Positions 1-21,937 of a stretch of DNA of 64,000 nucleotides are shown piece by piece; position 1 is the first letter of the stretch; the number at the start of each line of letters is the position of its first letter. A model generated the notes under the pieces. It searched no databases and was not told the DNA's origin. It saw only the letters and a program-made list of their open reading frames with translations. The position numbers and the translations under genes are program-made. The stretch is from the human T2T-CHM13v2.0 reference genome, Homo sapiens. Where the stretch lies: assembly GCF_009914755.1 (NCBI RefSeq), contig NC_060927.1; one strand, written 5' to 3'.

Positions 1-210
1 TAATGGGTTTTTAAAACCTATGATTTTGTAACGTTATCAGCTTGCTTCATTATTAGCTAGGTAGAACTTTGTCTGGTTTTACATAATAGTAAATAAATTA
101 CTTTTAAAAGTCCATGACAAATTTATTCTATATCAGAATGTGTGTTGTATAAAGGAAACTGTTTATTTTGAAGGAAAAGGGGTTTTATTGGATTTCGTTA
201 TACAATATAA

Positions 211-549
<339 letters not shown>

Positions 550-551
550 GG

Positions 552-625
552 ATTTAAGGGAAACTTTGAAGGAAATATTTTTAAGGGATACCTTAAAAGT
601 ATTTCCTTCAAAGTTTCCCTTAAAT
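552..625. repeat. 35-bp inverted repeat (hairpin), 4-nt loop GATA
   Basis: 552-586 is the reverse complement of 591-625 with one T:G mismatch (578/599). Confidence 0.95.
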
Positions 626-937
626 ATTAAATATTTTAAAAATAAACTTAAATATAATAAATAAATTTAAATATAATAAATAAAAATAAATTTAAACATT
701 AAAAAACAAATATTTTTAAGGGATACCTTAAAAATATTAGATACATCTTTCCTTAAGCAGTTAATCTTTGTTGGCTCTGATTCAAAGTGATCACAAATTC
801 TGAAATTTCAAAAATTTCTACTCACTTTTCTTTGCCTCTTGATTAGTTTATTCCATTCTCTTTAGCCATGCAGGCATTTCCCTCCCCTCTTCTATAATAT
901 GAACTTTTCTTGAATAATCAATTTATTCCATTGGCAC

Positions 938-1025
938 AATTTCCACATGTTGTGGGAGGGACCTGGTGGGAGGTGACTGAATCATGGGGGCAGGTCTTTC
1001 CCGTTCTGTTCTTGTGATAGTGAAT
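938..1025 (+). mobile_element. Isolated 88-bp internal fragment of a THE1 (ERVL-MaLR) LTR
   Basis: TGTTGTGGGAGGGACCTGGTGGGAGGTGACTGAATCATGGGGGCAGGTCTTTCCC; about 89% identical to 2631-2719. Confidence 0.85.
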
Positions 1026-2239
1026 TCTCATTGTATTGACTCCAGTAGAATGCGTAACATTTGGGTTTCACTAAAGGTGTATTCTGCTTTTGCATTGGAG
1101 TCATACACTATGATTTTAAAATCACAACTATTCTCATTATGCATCATTTCTTAACCTCTATCAGATTTATACCCATATGATCAGTAGAATTTCATCACAT
1201 CTTAAATCAAAATAATTCTCAGATAGTATTGAAATGAATCTTCTTTCATTTTGGGAAATCTGAAGACAAAACAAAAAATTGGGCATCTAGGTCACTTGAA
1301 AGAGTGTGGGTTTCTTCAAGGGCTTCTGCTAATCTGTTCCTTTTATTTAGCACCTGGTACTGGTAGATCTGGTATACTAGACATTGATACTTTCTGCTTC
1401 AAACCTTGTCTGGCCTACAACTTCATCTGCTGAATTCATGGATATTGCACCCTCTAAGCACAAACTGTTTTTGGTTTCCCTATACTTTGGTGCTTACCCA
1501 TTCCAGGGGAAAGCAGAAACTAGAACTGGGACTAATCCTGATTCCAATAGAAGTTTTGATCTCAGGCCCAGCCCTGGCCCCAGCTTTAGATAGAATTTCA
1601 ATGATCTCCCTTTCACTAAATCACACAGTCACTTAAAACTCAATCAGTGATTCATTTGGTTTAGCCACCTACCCTTCCAGAGCAAATGGACCTTGGAAAG
1701 CTGCCAGTCCTTTATAAGTCAGTGCTAATTAGAGGTATTTTTTCTTTCCACTGAGCACCTAATTGAGATGAGTCACATGAATAAACAAAACAAAACAAAA
1801 AATCCCTGTTTCAGAGATAAATAAGATATGAGTAATAATTTCAGATCAGTCCTGAATTGTTACACCAAGTAAGGGATTTTGGTCTTGAGATGCTGGTAGA
1901 GAAGAGATGAAATCAACAGGAAATGGTGCAGAAAGGATGCTTAAATGTTGCCAGAAATGAATTTCATCAGCTTAGCAGTTTTGATTAGATCAACCCTTGT
2001 TGAGTAATTTTTCAACCTACCATTCAAGATAAAGGAAGCAAATCCTTTTCTGTTTCCCAAAATTCAGTTCTCTGTTAATGAGACTGTGAGGAAGATATAC
2101 ATTTAAAAGAGGGCAAGGAGAGGATACCTGCTCTTAAGTGATGGAGAGATTCTTACATTTTTAAGGTATAAAGTGGCCTAGTTCATCATTTATTTAGGAA
2201 GAATGTTGAACCTGATATTATAATACTTGATGTAATATC

Positions 2240-2310
2240 AAAATATTTAATTCATTAGACATATATAGAGCACCTACTGTGTGCTAGGCATAATTCTGTT
2301 AGATCCAAAT
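2240..2310 (-). mobile_element. L2 3'-end remnant
   Basis: TTCATT...GAGCACCTACTGTGTGCTAGGCA motif. Confidence 0.55.
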
Positions 2311-2590
2311 ATAGAAAACTTTTAAAATAAGAATGAAGTGTTTTATGGTGCTTATATTTAAAGACTGTATGAAAAATAGCTTCAAAGGAATAGCTAAGTC
2401 TTTGTGCACAAGACAGCCCAGCATGACTTGGGATGCATTAACTTTGGAAAAATCACACTTTATACTGCTCAAACTTCAAGCAAAATCATGTGTTATATGG
2501 CAAGGATTTACAAGTGTAGGTACCTGTCTTTGAATTTATACTCAGAGTCTAAGTTGATTTAAAAAAAAAAAAAAAACAGCTTTCTCTTGG

Positions 2591-2945
2591 TGATATGGTT
2601 TGGCTGTGTCCCCACCCAAATCTCATCTTGAATTCCCATGTGTTGTGGGAGGAACCTGGTGGGAGGTGATTGAATCATGGAGGGCAGGTCTTTCCCTTTC
2701 TGGTCTCATGATAGTGAATGGGTCTCACAAGATCTGATGGTTTTAAAAACGTGAGTTTCCCTGCACAAGCTCTCTTTTTTTGCCTGCTGCCATCCATGTA
2801 AGATGTGATTTGCTCCTCCTGCCTTCCACCATGATCATGAGGCCTTCTCAGCCATGTGGAACTGTAAATCCAATAAACCTTTTTCCATATAAATTACCCA
2901 GTCTCAGGTATGTCTTTATCAGCAGTGTGAAAACGGACCAATACA
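2591..2945 (+). mobile_element. THE1B-like solo LTR (ERVL-MaLR)
   Basis: Starts TGATATGGTTTGGCTGTGTCCCCACCCAAATCTC, internal AATAAA, ends ...GGACCAATACA. 5-bp TSD CTTGG at 2586-2590 and 2946-2950. Confidence 0.95.
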
Positions 2946-3209
2946 CTTGGTTTATTTATTTTTTTAGTAATGACAAAAAAGACAGGTAAGTTTTTTCATA
3001 CTACCCAATTTCACATCTGCTTATGATACATAAAAGACATATTAATATTTTGACATTTAAAATGCATATTGCAATCATAGATGCATAAAATCAAAAGGAA
3101 ATAATTCTGATTTCATTTTTATTTCTATTCATATTTTCTCCAAGTTAAGAAGATCTTTGCTTAACTTATTTTTAGGAACACTGTGTTACATATGTTTCCT
3201 CAAAAACTT

Positions 3210-3860
3210 TTGGTTTTGGCTCCTACATCTAAAGAGCTTAAAAGTTGTCACTCCTGTTCTTACAACAAGAAAAAAATGAACAAACTGGAAATCAGTGACT
3301 TTTCTTGGACTCATTAAAGAACTGAGCTGCAAGGCAAACCTCCACCCTAAATCTGGAAAGACAAGTAAATCCAGAGCGTCACAGTCAAGCCCTGCTAACC
3401 TGAAACAGTAGCTGCTAGAGCCATAAACTTGTTAAAACATTTTAACAGTAATTTTGATGAATTGCTGGAAGCTGGTTCTGGACTAGCATGAGAATGAGAA
3501 ACTCTTGGGGCATTGCAGTCTGGGGCGTGAGGCCCACAATTTCATGGGTTTTACCTCCAAGAACCTCACTAGGTTCTCATGATGAAGAGCCAAGAAATAT
3601 ATCCTTATTGCTCAGGCAGAGGAAGAGGAAGAGTGATTACTGAGAAATATATCTAGAGAGTCTTTATAGCAAAGGCCTACTTTTCAGGGAAAAAGACACT
3701 ACTAGAACTTTATCTCATCTAAGGTAAGGGCATTTTCTTCTCACCCTCAGCCCTTTCTAGGCTCCCTGTCTCACCTAATGGGAGAGAAAGATAAGAAATA
3801 TTCCCGAATGTCACAGTCTTCACAGTGGAGGAAAAAAGCCCACTAAAAAGACTGAAAATC
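3210..3860 (+). mobile_element. Ancient L1M 5' region, left part, interrupted by the L1PA insertion
   Basis: Resembles old mammalian L1 5'UTR; the sequence appears to continue after 9597. Confidence 0.55.
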
Positions 3861-4095
3861 CTTTTTTTTTCTTTTTCTTTTTTTTTTATTATTATACTTT
3901 AAGTTTTAGGGTACATGTGCATATTGTGCAGGTTAGTTACATACGTATACATGTGCCACGCTGGTGCACTGCACCCACTAACTCATCATCTAGCATTAGG
4001 TATATCTCCCAATGCTATCCCTCCCCCCTCCCCCCACCTCACAACAGTCCCCAGAGTGTGATGTTCCCCTTCCTGTGTCCATGTGATCTCATTGT

Positions 4096-7926
<3,831 letters not shown>

Positions 7927-7989
7927 TATGATGTTAGCTGGTTATTTTGCTCGTTAGTTGATGCAGTTTCTTCCTAGTCTCGATGGCCT

Positions 7990-9007
7990 TTATATTTTGG
8001 CATGGTTTTGCAGCGGCTGGTACCGATTGTTCCTTTCCATGTTTAGCACTTCCTTCAGGAGCTCTTTTAGGGCAGGCCTGGTGGTGACAAAATCTCTCAG
8101 CATTTGCTTGTCTGTAAAGGATTTTATTTCTTCTTCATTTATAAAGCTTAGTTTGTCTGGATATGAAATTCTGGGTTGAAAATTCTTTTCTTTAAGAATG
8201 TTGAATATTGGCCCCCACTCTCTTCTGGCTTGTAGGGTTTCTGCCAAGAGATCCGCTGTTAGTCTGATGGGCTTCCCTTTGAGGGTAACCCGACCTTTCT
8301 CTCTGGCTGCCCTTAACATTTTTTTCCTTCATTTCAACTTTGGTGAATCTGACAATTATGTGTCTTGGAGTTGCTCTTCTCGAGGAGTATCTTTGTGGTG
8401 TTCTCTGTATTTCCTGAATCTGAATGTTGGCCTGCCTTGCTAGATTGGGGAAGTTCTCCTGGATAATATCCTGCAGAGTGTTTTCCAACTTGGTTCCATT
8501 CTCCCCATCACTTTCAGGTACACCAATCAGACGTAGATTTGGTCTTTTCACATAGTCCCATATTTCTTGGAGGCTTTGCTCATTTCTTTTTATTCTTTTT
8601 TCTCTAAACTTCCCTTCTCACTTCATTTCATTCATTTCATCTTCCATTGCTGATACCCTTTCTTCCAGTTGATGGCATCGGCTCCTGAGGCTTCTGCATT
8701 CTTCATGTAGTTCTCGAGCCTCGGTTTTCAGCTCCATAAGCTCCTTTAAGCACTTCTCTGTATTGATTATTCTAGTTATACATTCTTCTAAATTTTTTTC
8801 AAAGTTTTCAACTTCTTTGCCTTTGGTTTGAATGTCCTCTCGTAGCTCAGAGTAATTTGATCATCTGAAGCCTTCTTCTCTCAGCTCGTCAAAGTCATTC
8901 TGTGTCCAGCTTTGTTCCGTTGCTGGTGAGGAGCTGCGTTCCTTTGGAGGAGGAGAGGCACTCTGATTTTTAGAGTTTCCAGCTTTTCTGTTCTGTTTTT
9001 TCCCCAT
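7990..9007 (-). pseudogene. L1 ORF1 (RNA-binding chaperone), disrupted
   Basis: ATG of MGKKQNRK at 9007. Premature TGA at 8861-8863. +1 frameshift in the T-run at 8319-8325. Ends YQPLQNHAKI*. Confidence 0.95.
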
Positions 9008-9596
9008 CTTTGTGGTTTTATCTACTTTTGGTCTTTGATGATGGTGATGTACAGATGGGTTTTTGGTGTGGATGTCCTTTCTGTTTGTTAGTTTTCCTTC
9101 CAACAGACAGGACCCTCAGCTGCAGGTCTGTTGGAGTACCCTGCAGTGTGAGGTGTCAGTGTGCCCCTGCTGGGGGGTGCCTCCCAGTTAGGTAGCTCGG
9201 GGGTCAGGGGTCAGGGACCGACTTCAGGAGGCAGTCTGCCCGTTCTCAGATCTCCAGCTGCGTACTGGTAGAACCCCTGCTCTCTTCAAAGCTGTCAGAC
9301 AGGGACATTTAAGTCTGCAGAGGTTACTGCTGTCTTTTTGTTTGTCTGTGCCCTGCCCCCAGAGGTGGAGCCTACAGAGGCAGGCAGGCCTCCTTGAGCT
9401 GTGGTGGGCTCCACCCAGTTCGAGCTTCCTGGCTGCTTTGTTTACCTAAGCAAGCCTGGGCAATTGTGGGCGCCCCTCCCCCAGCCTCGCTGCTGCCTTG
9501 CAGTTTGATCTCAGACTGCTGTGCTAGCAATCAGCAAGGCTCCGTGGGTGTAGAACCTTCCGAGCCAGGTGCGGGGTATAATCTGAAATTTCATAT

Positions 9597-11250
9597 AGAC
9601 TGAAATTTCATCATAACATTAACGAATATTTCCACTGCCACACATTGCCAGCACACCAGTAGAGCTCGGTGTAATGACAGTGGATTATAGCTAAAAGGTC
9701 TGCAACATGCAGGCTGTCTCTGAGGAAGGGTACTTAAAGAAGCCCAAAGTCATCAGGGAACATTTTAAAAAAGGACATCAAAGTAATTTAAAGCCTGTGA
9801 CAAATTCAGATACAGCAAACATTGCATAGAGGCAAACTCCCAGCCAGATTGACATAAAAGCTAACATTAAAGGACATTTGCCTCAGTTCCCATTATATCC
9901 GGCTTTCAAGGAGAAATTAGAAGACATACTAAAAGGTAAGAAAAACCACATTCTCCAGAGACAAAGCAAGCATCCAAACTAGACTCATATGCCACAGATG
10001 TTGGGATTGTCAAACATGAAATTAAAACCACTATGATTAATATGTTAGGGACTCTAATGAAAAAAGTAAACAACAGAGAGCAACAGAAGGGTAATGTAAG
10101 CAGATAAATTAAAAGTCCAAGAAAGAATCAAAAACATTATAACAGCTGAGAAGAATGCCTTTGGTGTCATTAATAGACTGGGCACAGTCTAGGAAAGAAT
10201 AAATGTGCTTGAATCGAAGTCAATGGGAATTTCTCATGCCAAAATGCAGAGAAAAAAATGATACAAGTAGAACAGAATACCTAAGAACTGTGTGATAATT
10301 TCACAAGTGTTACATGTGCATAACTAAAATATTAGGCAAAGAAAAAGACAAAAAGGATTATTTGAAGCACTAGTAGTCAAGACCATTGCAAAATTAATGA
10401 GACCCCCTGTCACAAACCCAGGAAGCTCAGGGATCACTAAAGCACAGTAAGTTCCAAACAAAAATGTCGACCTACCCTTAGTCACAGCATACTCAACTTG
10501 CAGAAAATCAGACAAAAAGAAAACCTTGAAATAAATTAGAGGAAAAAAATATGGCATTTTTACCTATACAGGGAAAAATACAAAGATAAGAATTAAAGCG
10601 AACTTCTTGTCAGAAACTATAAAGCAAGAAGGGAGTAGAATGAAATAATTGAAGTGCTTAAGAAAAAAAAAACACCAACTAGATCCAGGGAAATTATTTT
10701 TCACAAAATGATGGAGAAATAAAGACTTTCTCAAACAAACAGCAACTGAAGAAATGTACCAACAGCATACCTGTCTTGTAAGAAATATTAAAAGAAGTTG
10801 TTCAGGAAGAAGGAAAATGATAATAGATTTACAAACTCAGATTTACATTTAGAGAGAAAGAGCCTCGGATAAGAAATTAAAACAGCTAAATAAAATCTAT
10901 CTTTTTCTTATTCATAATTGAGCTAAAGAATGTTTGTTTAAAGTCATAATAGTAACAATGTATTGGGTGATTATAGCTTATTAATAAGTAAAATAAATGA
11001 CAGCAATGTCCTAAGGATGGACAGGAGGGAATAATTAGAAATACTTTGTTATGAGGCATCTACATTACAAATGAAGTCATATAGAGTTACTTGAAGGTGG
11101 ACTTGGATTGGTTAAAAATGTGTATTGCAAACTGTAGAGGAACCACTAACAAAATTTTAAAAACAAGTGTAACCAATATGCTAAGAGAAGTATTAAATGA
11201 AATAATATTAAATGTTCAATTACAACTAGAGAAGGAATAAAAAAGGGGGG
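9597..11250 (+). mobile_element. Ancient L1M 5'UTR/ORF1 region, right part
   Basis: Degenerate ORF1-like A-rich sequence, e.g. GAAATAAAGACTTTCTCAAACAAAC...AAGAAATATTAAAAGAAGTT at about 10715-10800. Confidence 0.7.
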
Positions 11251-11602
11251 GAAATACCTCCAGAGCTATTTCCTGGAAATAGACAACTGCCTGAAGAAAT
11301 AATAGGTAACTCTGACATTCCTTGTCCTTTAGTGAATAATTAATTGATGGTCAAATATTAGAGGAAATTTTGGAATGCACAGCATGCCACACTTTGCAAC
11401 TCTTCTTACAAAACATTTTTTTATAATTAAATTAATTGGTTGCTTGTGTACAAATGTTCTTCCCCAGATTGGTGGCATTCAGATTGCAGGACCCTATATT
11501 TCACTGTGTCCTCCGTTTGGTACTTTTTAAAAAACTAGTTGAATACAATTGATTTATCCAGGAAATTAACAATTTATTTAATTCTCTCAAAATCAATTCC
11601 AA

Positions 11603-11880
11603 TGCCTGTAATCCCAGAACTTTGGGGGGCTGAGGCGGGTAGATCACTTGAAGTCAGGAGTTCAAGGCCAGCCTGGCTAATATGGTGAAACCCCATCTCT
11701 TCTAAAAAAGGCAAAAATCAGCCGGGTATTTTGGCGGGCACCTGTAGTCCCAACTACTAGGGAGGCTGAGTGATAAGAATCACTTGAGCCCAGGAGGTGG
11801 AGGCTACAGTGAGCCAGATCGCCCCACAGCACTCCAACCTGAGTGACAGAATGAGACTCTGTCTCAAAAAAAAAAAAAAA
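11603..11880 (+). mobile_element. Alu (AluJb/old S), slightly 5'-truncated
   Basis: TGCCTGTAATCCCAG through poly-A. TSD AAAATCA(A/G)TTCCAA on both sides. Confidence 0.95.
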
Positions 11881-11962
11881 ATCAGTTCCAAGTTAGATCC
11901 AGTAACTAGTAACAGGAATATTTAGGTGATTGCTGTCGAGGAAGACAGATATTGAGGTTAAA

Positions 11963-11975
11963 ACACAGACACACA

Positions 11976-12014
<39 letters not shown>
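11963..12014. repeat. (CA)n microsatellite
   Basis: ACACAG-interrupted start followed by a long pure CA run. Confidence 0.97.
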
Positions 12015-12020
<6 letters not shown>

Positions 12021-12382
12021 ATTACAGCAGTTCTTCAAATTTGCTATCCTACTGGTATTTGGTTCAAAGAGTTTCTCAGTAAGATGATCATCTAAAAGTG
12101 CTGCTGATAGCTCCTTTTCGAGTTCAAAACTCTTTTAAGGATTTCGGTTAATTTATTTTCCCCAATAGTTCAGGCTTAATCTGATAAACACTGAAAATAT
12201 ATTTTAAAAGTAGATGTTTTATACCTATTTCTACTTATGCCATTTAAATCTTTATTACATCAATGAAAATTATTGTCTCCATATTTTTCTGTATTTATAT
12301 TTTGTCAAATACAAGTAAGATTGTTGTAAAATATGAATAATAAACACTTCAGAAAGGTTACATTATTTACACTTTAAATTAA

Positions 12383-13654
<1,272 letters not shown>

Positions 13655-14357
13655 AAATTAAAAGCAATTAAATTCAGTCAAAAAATATTCAGTGAGCATT
13701 TACCTTCAGACACATTGACAAATTCTACAGTGGGTTATAAAGATGAGTAAGACATGAGCTCAAGAGGAGTTCAGTGACCTACTCATATGGAAGAACCCAT
13801 TTCATAACAAAATAGCTATTAATAAAACCAGAAGTCTTTTTCATTTATTGTGTTCATGATTTTTTTAGTAAAATTCAATTAGTCAATTAAAACATCTCCC
13901 TGATTTATCAATTTTCTGTCCAACTTAAAGTACTCAAGATTCAGCAATATTGCCAATTACTATTCCCTCTTTCCCATGCGTGACTGATATCAGTAAATTA
14001 TACTGGTATATTTTCAGATTGGCCTTGGGTGTGCCTTTAGAATCTTTTCAAACAGCTGAAGATGTGTCTTCCACTTTATTAGAATTGCCACAAAAGATGA
14101 AATTTATTTGCCATCCCTGGTTTAGATTAAAGATGTGTTGTAATCATGTTGTCACAAATAAAAACACTGTGTAGTGTCTGAGTAAATGCTGGATCATATT
14201 CTAATTCATTTGAAGACATTTGAAGAACTATCTGGAAAAACACAAACAAAGTAAACTGAAAGTAAAACATTTAGGAATGAGTTGTACAGGAGAAGAGGAT
14301 CAAAGCCAACAAGAATGCTATAAAGAACAAACATTATTGAATCCTAGTATTCTAAGA

Positions 14358-14437
14358 CATAATATTGTCTTTCAATTAAAAGATTAATTGTCTTTCAATT
14401 CATAATATTGTCTTTCAATTAAAAGATTGTCTTTCAA
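14358..14437. repeat. Compound local duplication (ATTGTCTTTCAA x4; 28-mer x2)
   Basis: CATAATATTGTCTTTCAATTAAAAGATT at 14358-14385 and 14401-14428. The 12-mer starts at 14364, 14387, 14407 and 14426. Confidence 0.9.
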
Positions 14438-15519
14438 AAACATTAGCAAAAATCTAGAACATAGTATGTCTTGGTACCAGCACAACCATATTCTTTCCAT
14501 TGAAAACCACGTTTTAAATGTGATATTATTTCTGGTTATCGGAATGTGTCTTATGACAGATTTCAAAAGGAATTTTTTTCCATTATTTATAAAAGTAGAC
14601 TTTAATGGGTTGACATTACCTGCACTTGTGTGAATTTGGCTACATGTAGACTGTTACAGTTTATAATATTGAGTCATTTGAATTGGCAGTATCCTAAAAA
14701 GTTAAATATTTACCCAAATTTGGATTTTTTAACACCGCTTAAAATGTCTTCGATATTAAAGTATGATTTAGCATATAATTTAGTTATAATATGTAGCATA
14801 TAATAGAGCATCTTGTAACTCTCAACGCTTCCACTGATAACAAACAACATTGGATCTAATTTAAAATAACCATTTAAAAGGGGCAAGTGAGCTTCCAAAA
14901 CACTGAAGATAAAAGTGAAAAAATCTGAGAGAAAAGAACTATAGAAAGATAAATTAATAACCATCAGCAGCTTTTATTGTTTTGGAGGTATCTGTCAACC
15001 TAGATGTGGGCTAGTAACAGATAATCTAGTTTTATCCTGGCAGAAAGTTGCTCTTAGAGAACAAAAACTTGCAGAATCTTTGCCGTCTCACAGACTAGAG
15101 TGAAATGTTAAACTTTTGAAGTATATCTTACATTTAGGCAGTTTTCCCTTTAAGATAAATGCTAAATTTGAAGCTTCATGTGGTAGAAGCCAAAAAAGCC
15201 AACTCCTTAAAACACATAAAAACCCCAAACCTGTGAAAAGCACAGAAGAAATTTTGGCAAACTCATAGCTTCAAAGAGACAATGATTTGCAATAAGAACC
15301 CACTGTGAAAGAGGATCTGGCAAACATAGTCTCAACTGAACAAGCTCTCAGTTGAAACCACTAAAGGGCTATGCCCAATTAACAGAGCAGAATTAATTGC
15401 GCTATGTTCAATTAATAGACAGATTTAGTTTTGCCTAAACTATGTCTAGTATCTACCAAATGCAATTCCTATTTGACTAAAGTGAGTAGTTCTCACTTTA
15501 TTTTCACAGAAGAAATAGT

Positions 15520-16680
15520 GAGATAGTAGTATTGGCATAATGAGATAAATGGAATAGAGAATCCAGAAATAGATCAACACATACATATTTGACAAAGATG
15601 CCAAGGTATCTCAATGATGAGAGGATAGTCTTTTAAACAAATGGTTCTGAAACAATATCTGTATGATAGATATGCTTCAATCCTTAATAGAACATAAACA
15701 AACACTTACTTAAAATGGATCATAGGTTTAAATAAAATAGCTAAAATTATCAAATTTCTAGAAAAAAAGTGTGCAAAGTATTTATGACTTTATGTTAGGC
15801 AATTTCATTTCTTAGATAGTACTCAGAAAACATCGATCGTAAAGAAAAAAATGACAAATTGAATATCATCCAAAGTAAAAATGTCTGCTTTTTGAAAAAC
15901 ACTAGAAAGAAGATAAAAAGTAATACCACATATTTGCAAAACATGTATCTGATAAAAATACTTGTATCAAGAATATATATCTTAAAAGATTCATAGAACT
16001 CAGTAATGAGAAAATAAACAATCCAATAAAATGGCTAAACAATTTGAACAAGAACTTCACCAAAAGATTTTAGCATTACTGGGGAAATAGTAAAATTAAT
16101 ATTTTATATTAGACTATAGTAATTCAGGGATAGGTATTATAATCTCCAGGGAAACCACTAAAGAAGAGTAAAAAATATTTGTCTTGGAAGTCAATAGAAG
16201 GAAAATAAAATAATAAAAATATTCATTATCCAAAATAATGCAAGAATGAGGGAAAAGAAACTTAAATATTGGAGCCAAATAAAGAAGACTTGTAGTTTGC
16301 AAATACAAAATCAAATGTATTAATAATTAGAATACAAATCAAATTTAAAGTTTAATTAAAGGACTAAAATTATCAGACTGCATAAAGATACAAATTCATT
16401 CTATTCTGCTTACAAGAAATAATTAAATAAGTCATACCATGAATACATGAATTAGGAAAAAAGCAAAGTAGACTTTAAGGCAAGAAACATTGTTAGAGAT
16501 AAAGAGAGACATTTTAATGATGATAAAATTGACTATCCAATAACATGACAAAATGATTTCAAATATGTAAAACAAAACTCATGGAATAAAAGGAGAAGAG
16601 ATAAATTCAAAACAGTAGTGACAAATTAAAAGATCCTTTCTCATTAACTAATACAATAAGTAGAGAAAAAGAGAGAATAT
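15520..16680 (+). mobile_element. Ancient L1M ORF2 fragments
   Basis: AATGGAATAGAGAATCCAGAAATAGA...TTTGACAAAGATGCCAAGG (ORF2 3' part), then GTAGACTTTAAGGCAAGAAACATT..AGAGATAAAGAG (endonuclease region). Confidence 0.7.
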
Positions 16681-17072
16681 TGTATGTTTCAGGATATACT
16701 GGTGATGAATCCACTGTATCACACAGAAATACAATTTAGTAAGTTTGGGAAAACTCTAGGTTTACTAAACAAACATTTATTTTAGTTATTATTCAAGTTA
16801 TAGATGAACTTAAAATTTTTAATTCTTTAAGTTACCACTTGCATTTTAAAGTAATTTAATTTACAAAAACATTTATTTTAAGAAATAAATCTTCTCAGAT
16901 AAGTCCAGTGCTGCAAATTTCTGTTATTCTATAAATTGCACATTTTTGAGTAAGAACACTCAGATCCTATGATGTAAGACCACATATATTCTCCAAAATT
17001 ATAGAGTTAATACTGTTATTGAGAATATATTCTAAACTTAATTTTGGAGTCCTACTTCACGTAGAGTTAAAT

Positions 17073-21937
<4,865 letters not shown>

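Noticed and set aside
14620-14692. Minus-strand AG...GTAATG exon-like segment
   Set aside because: Stops in all frames and only about 20 nt from the adjacent candidate donor.
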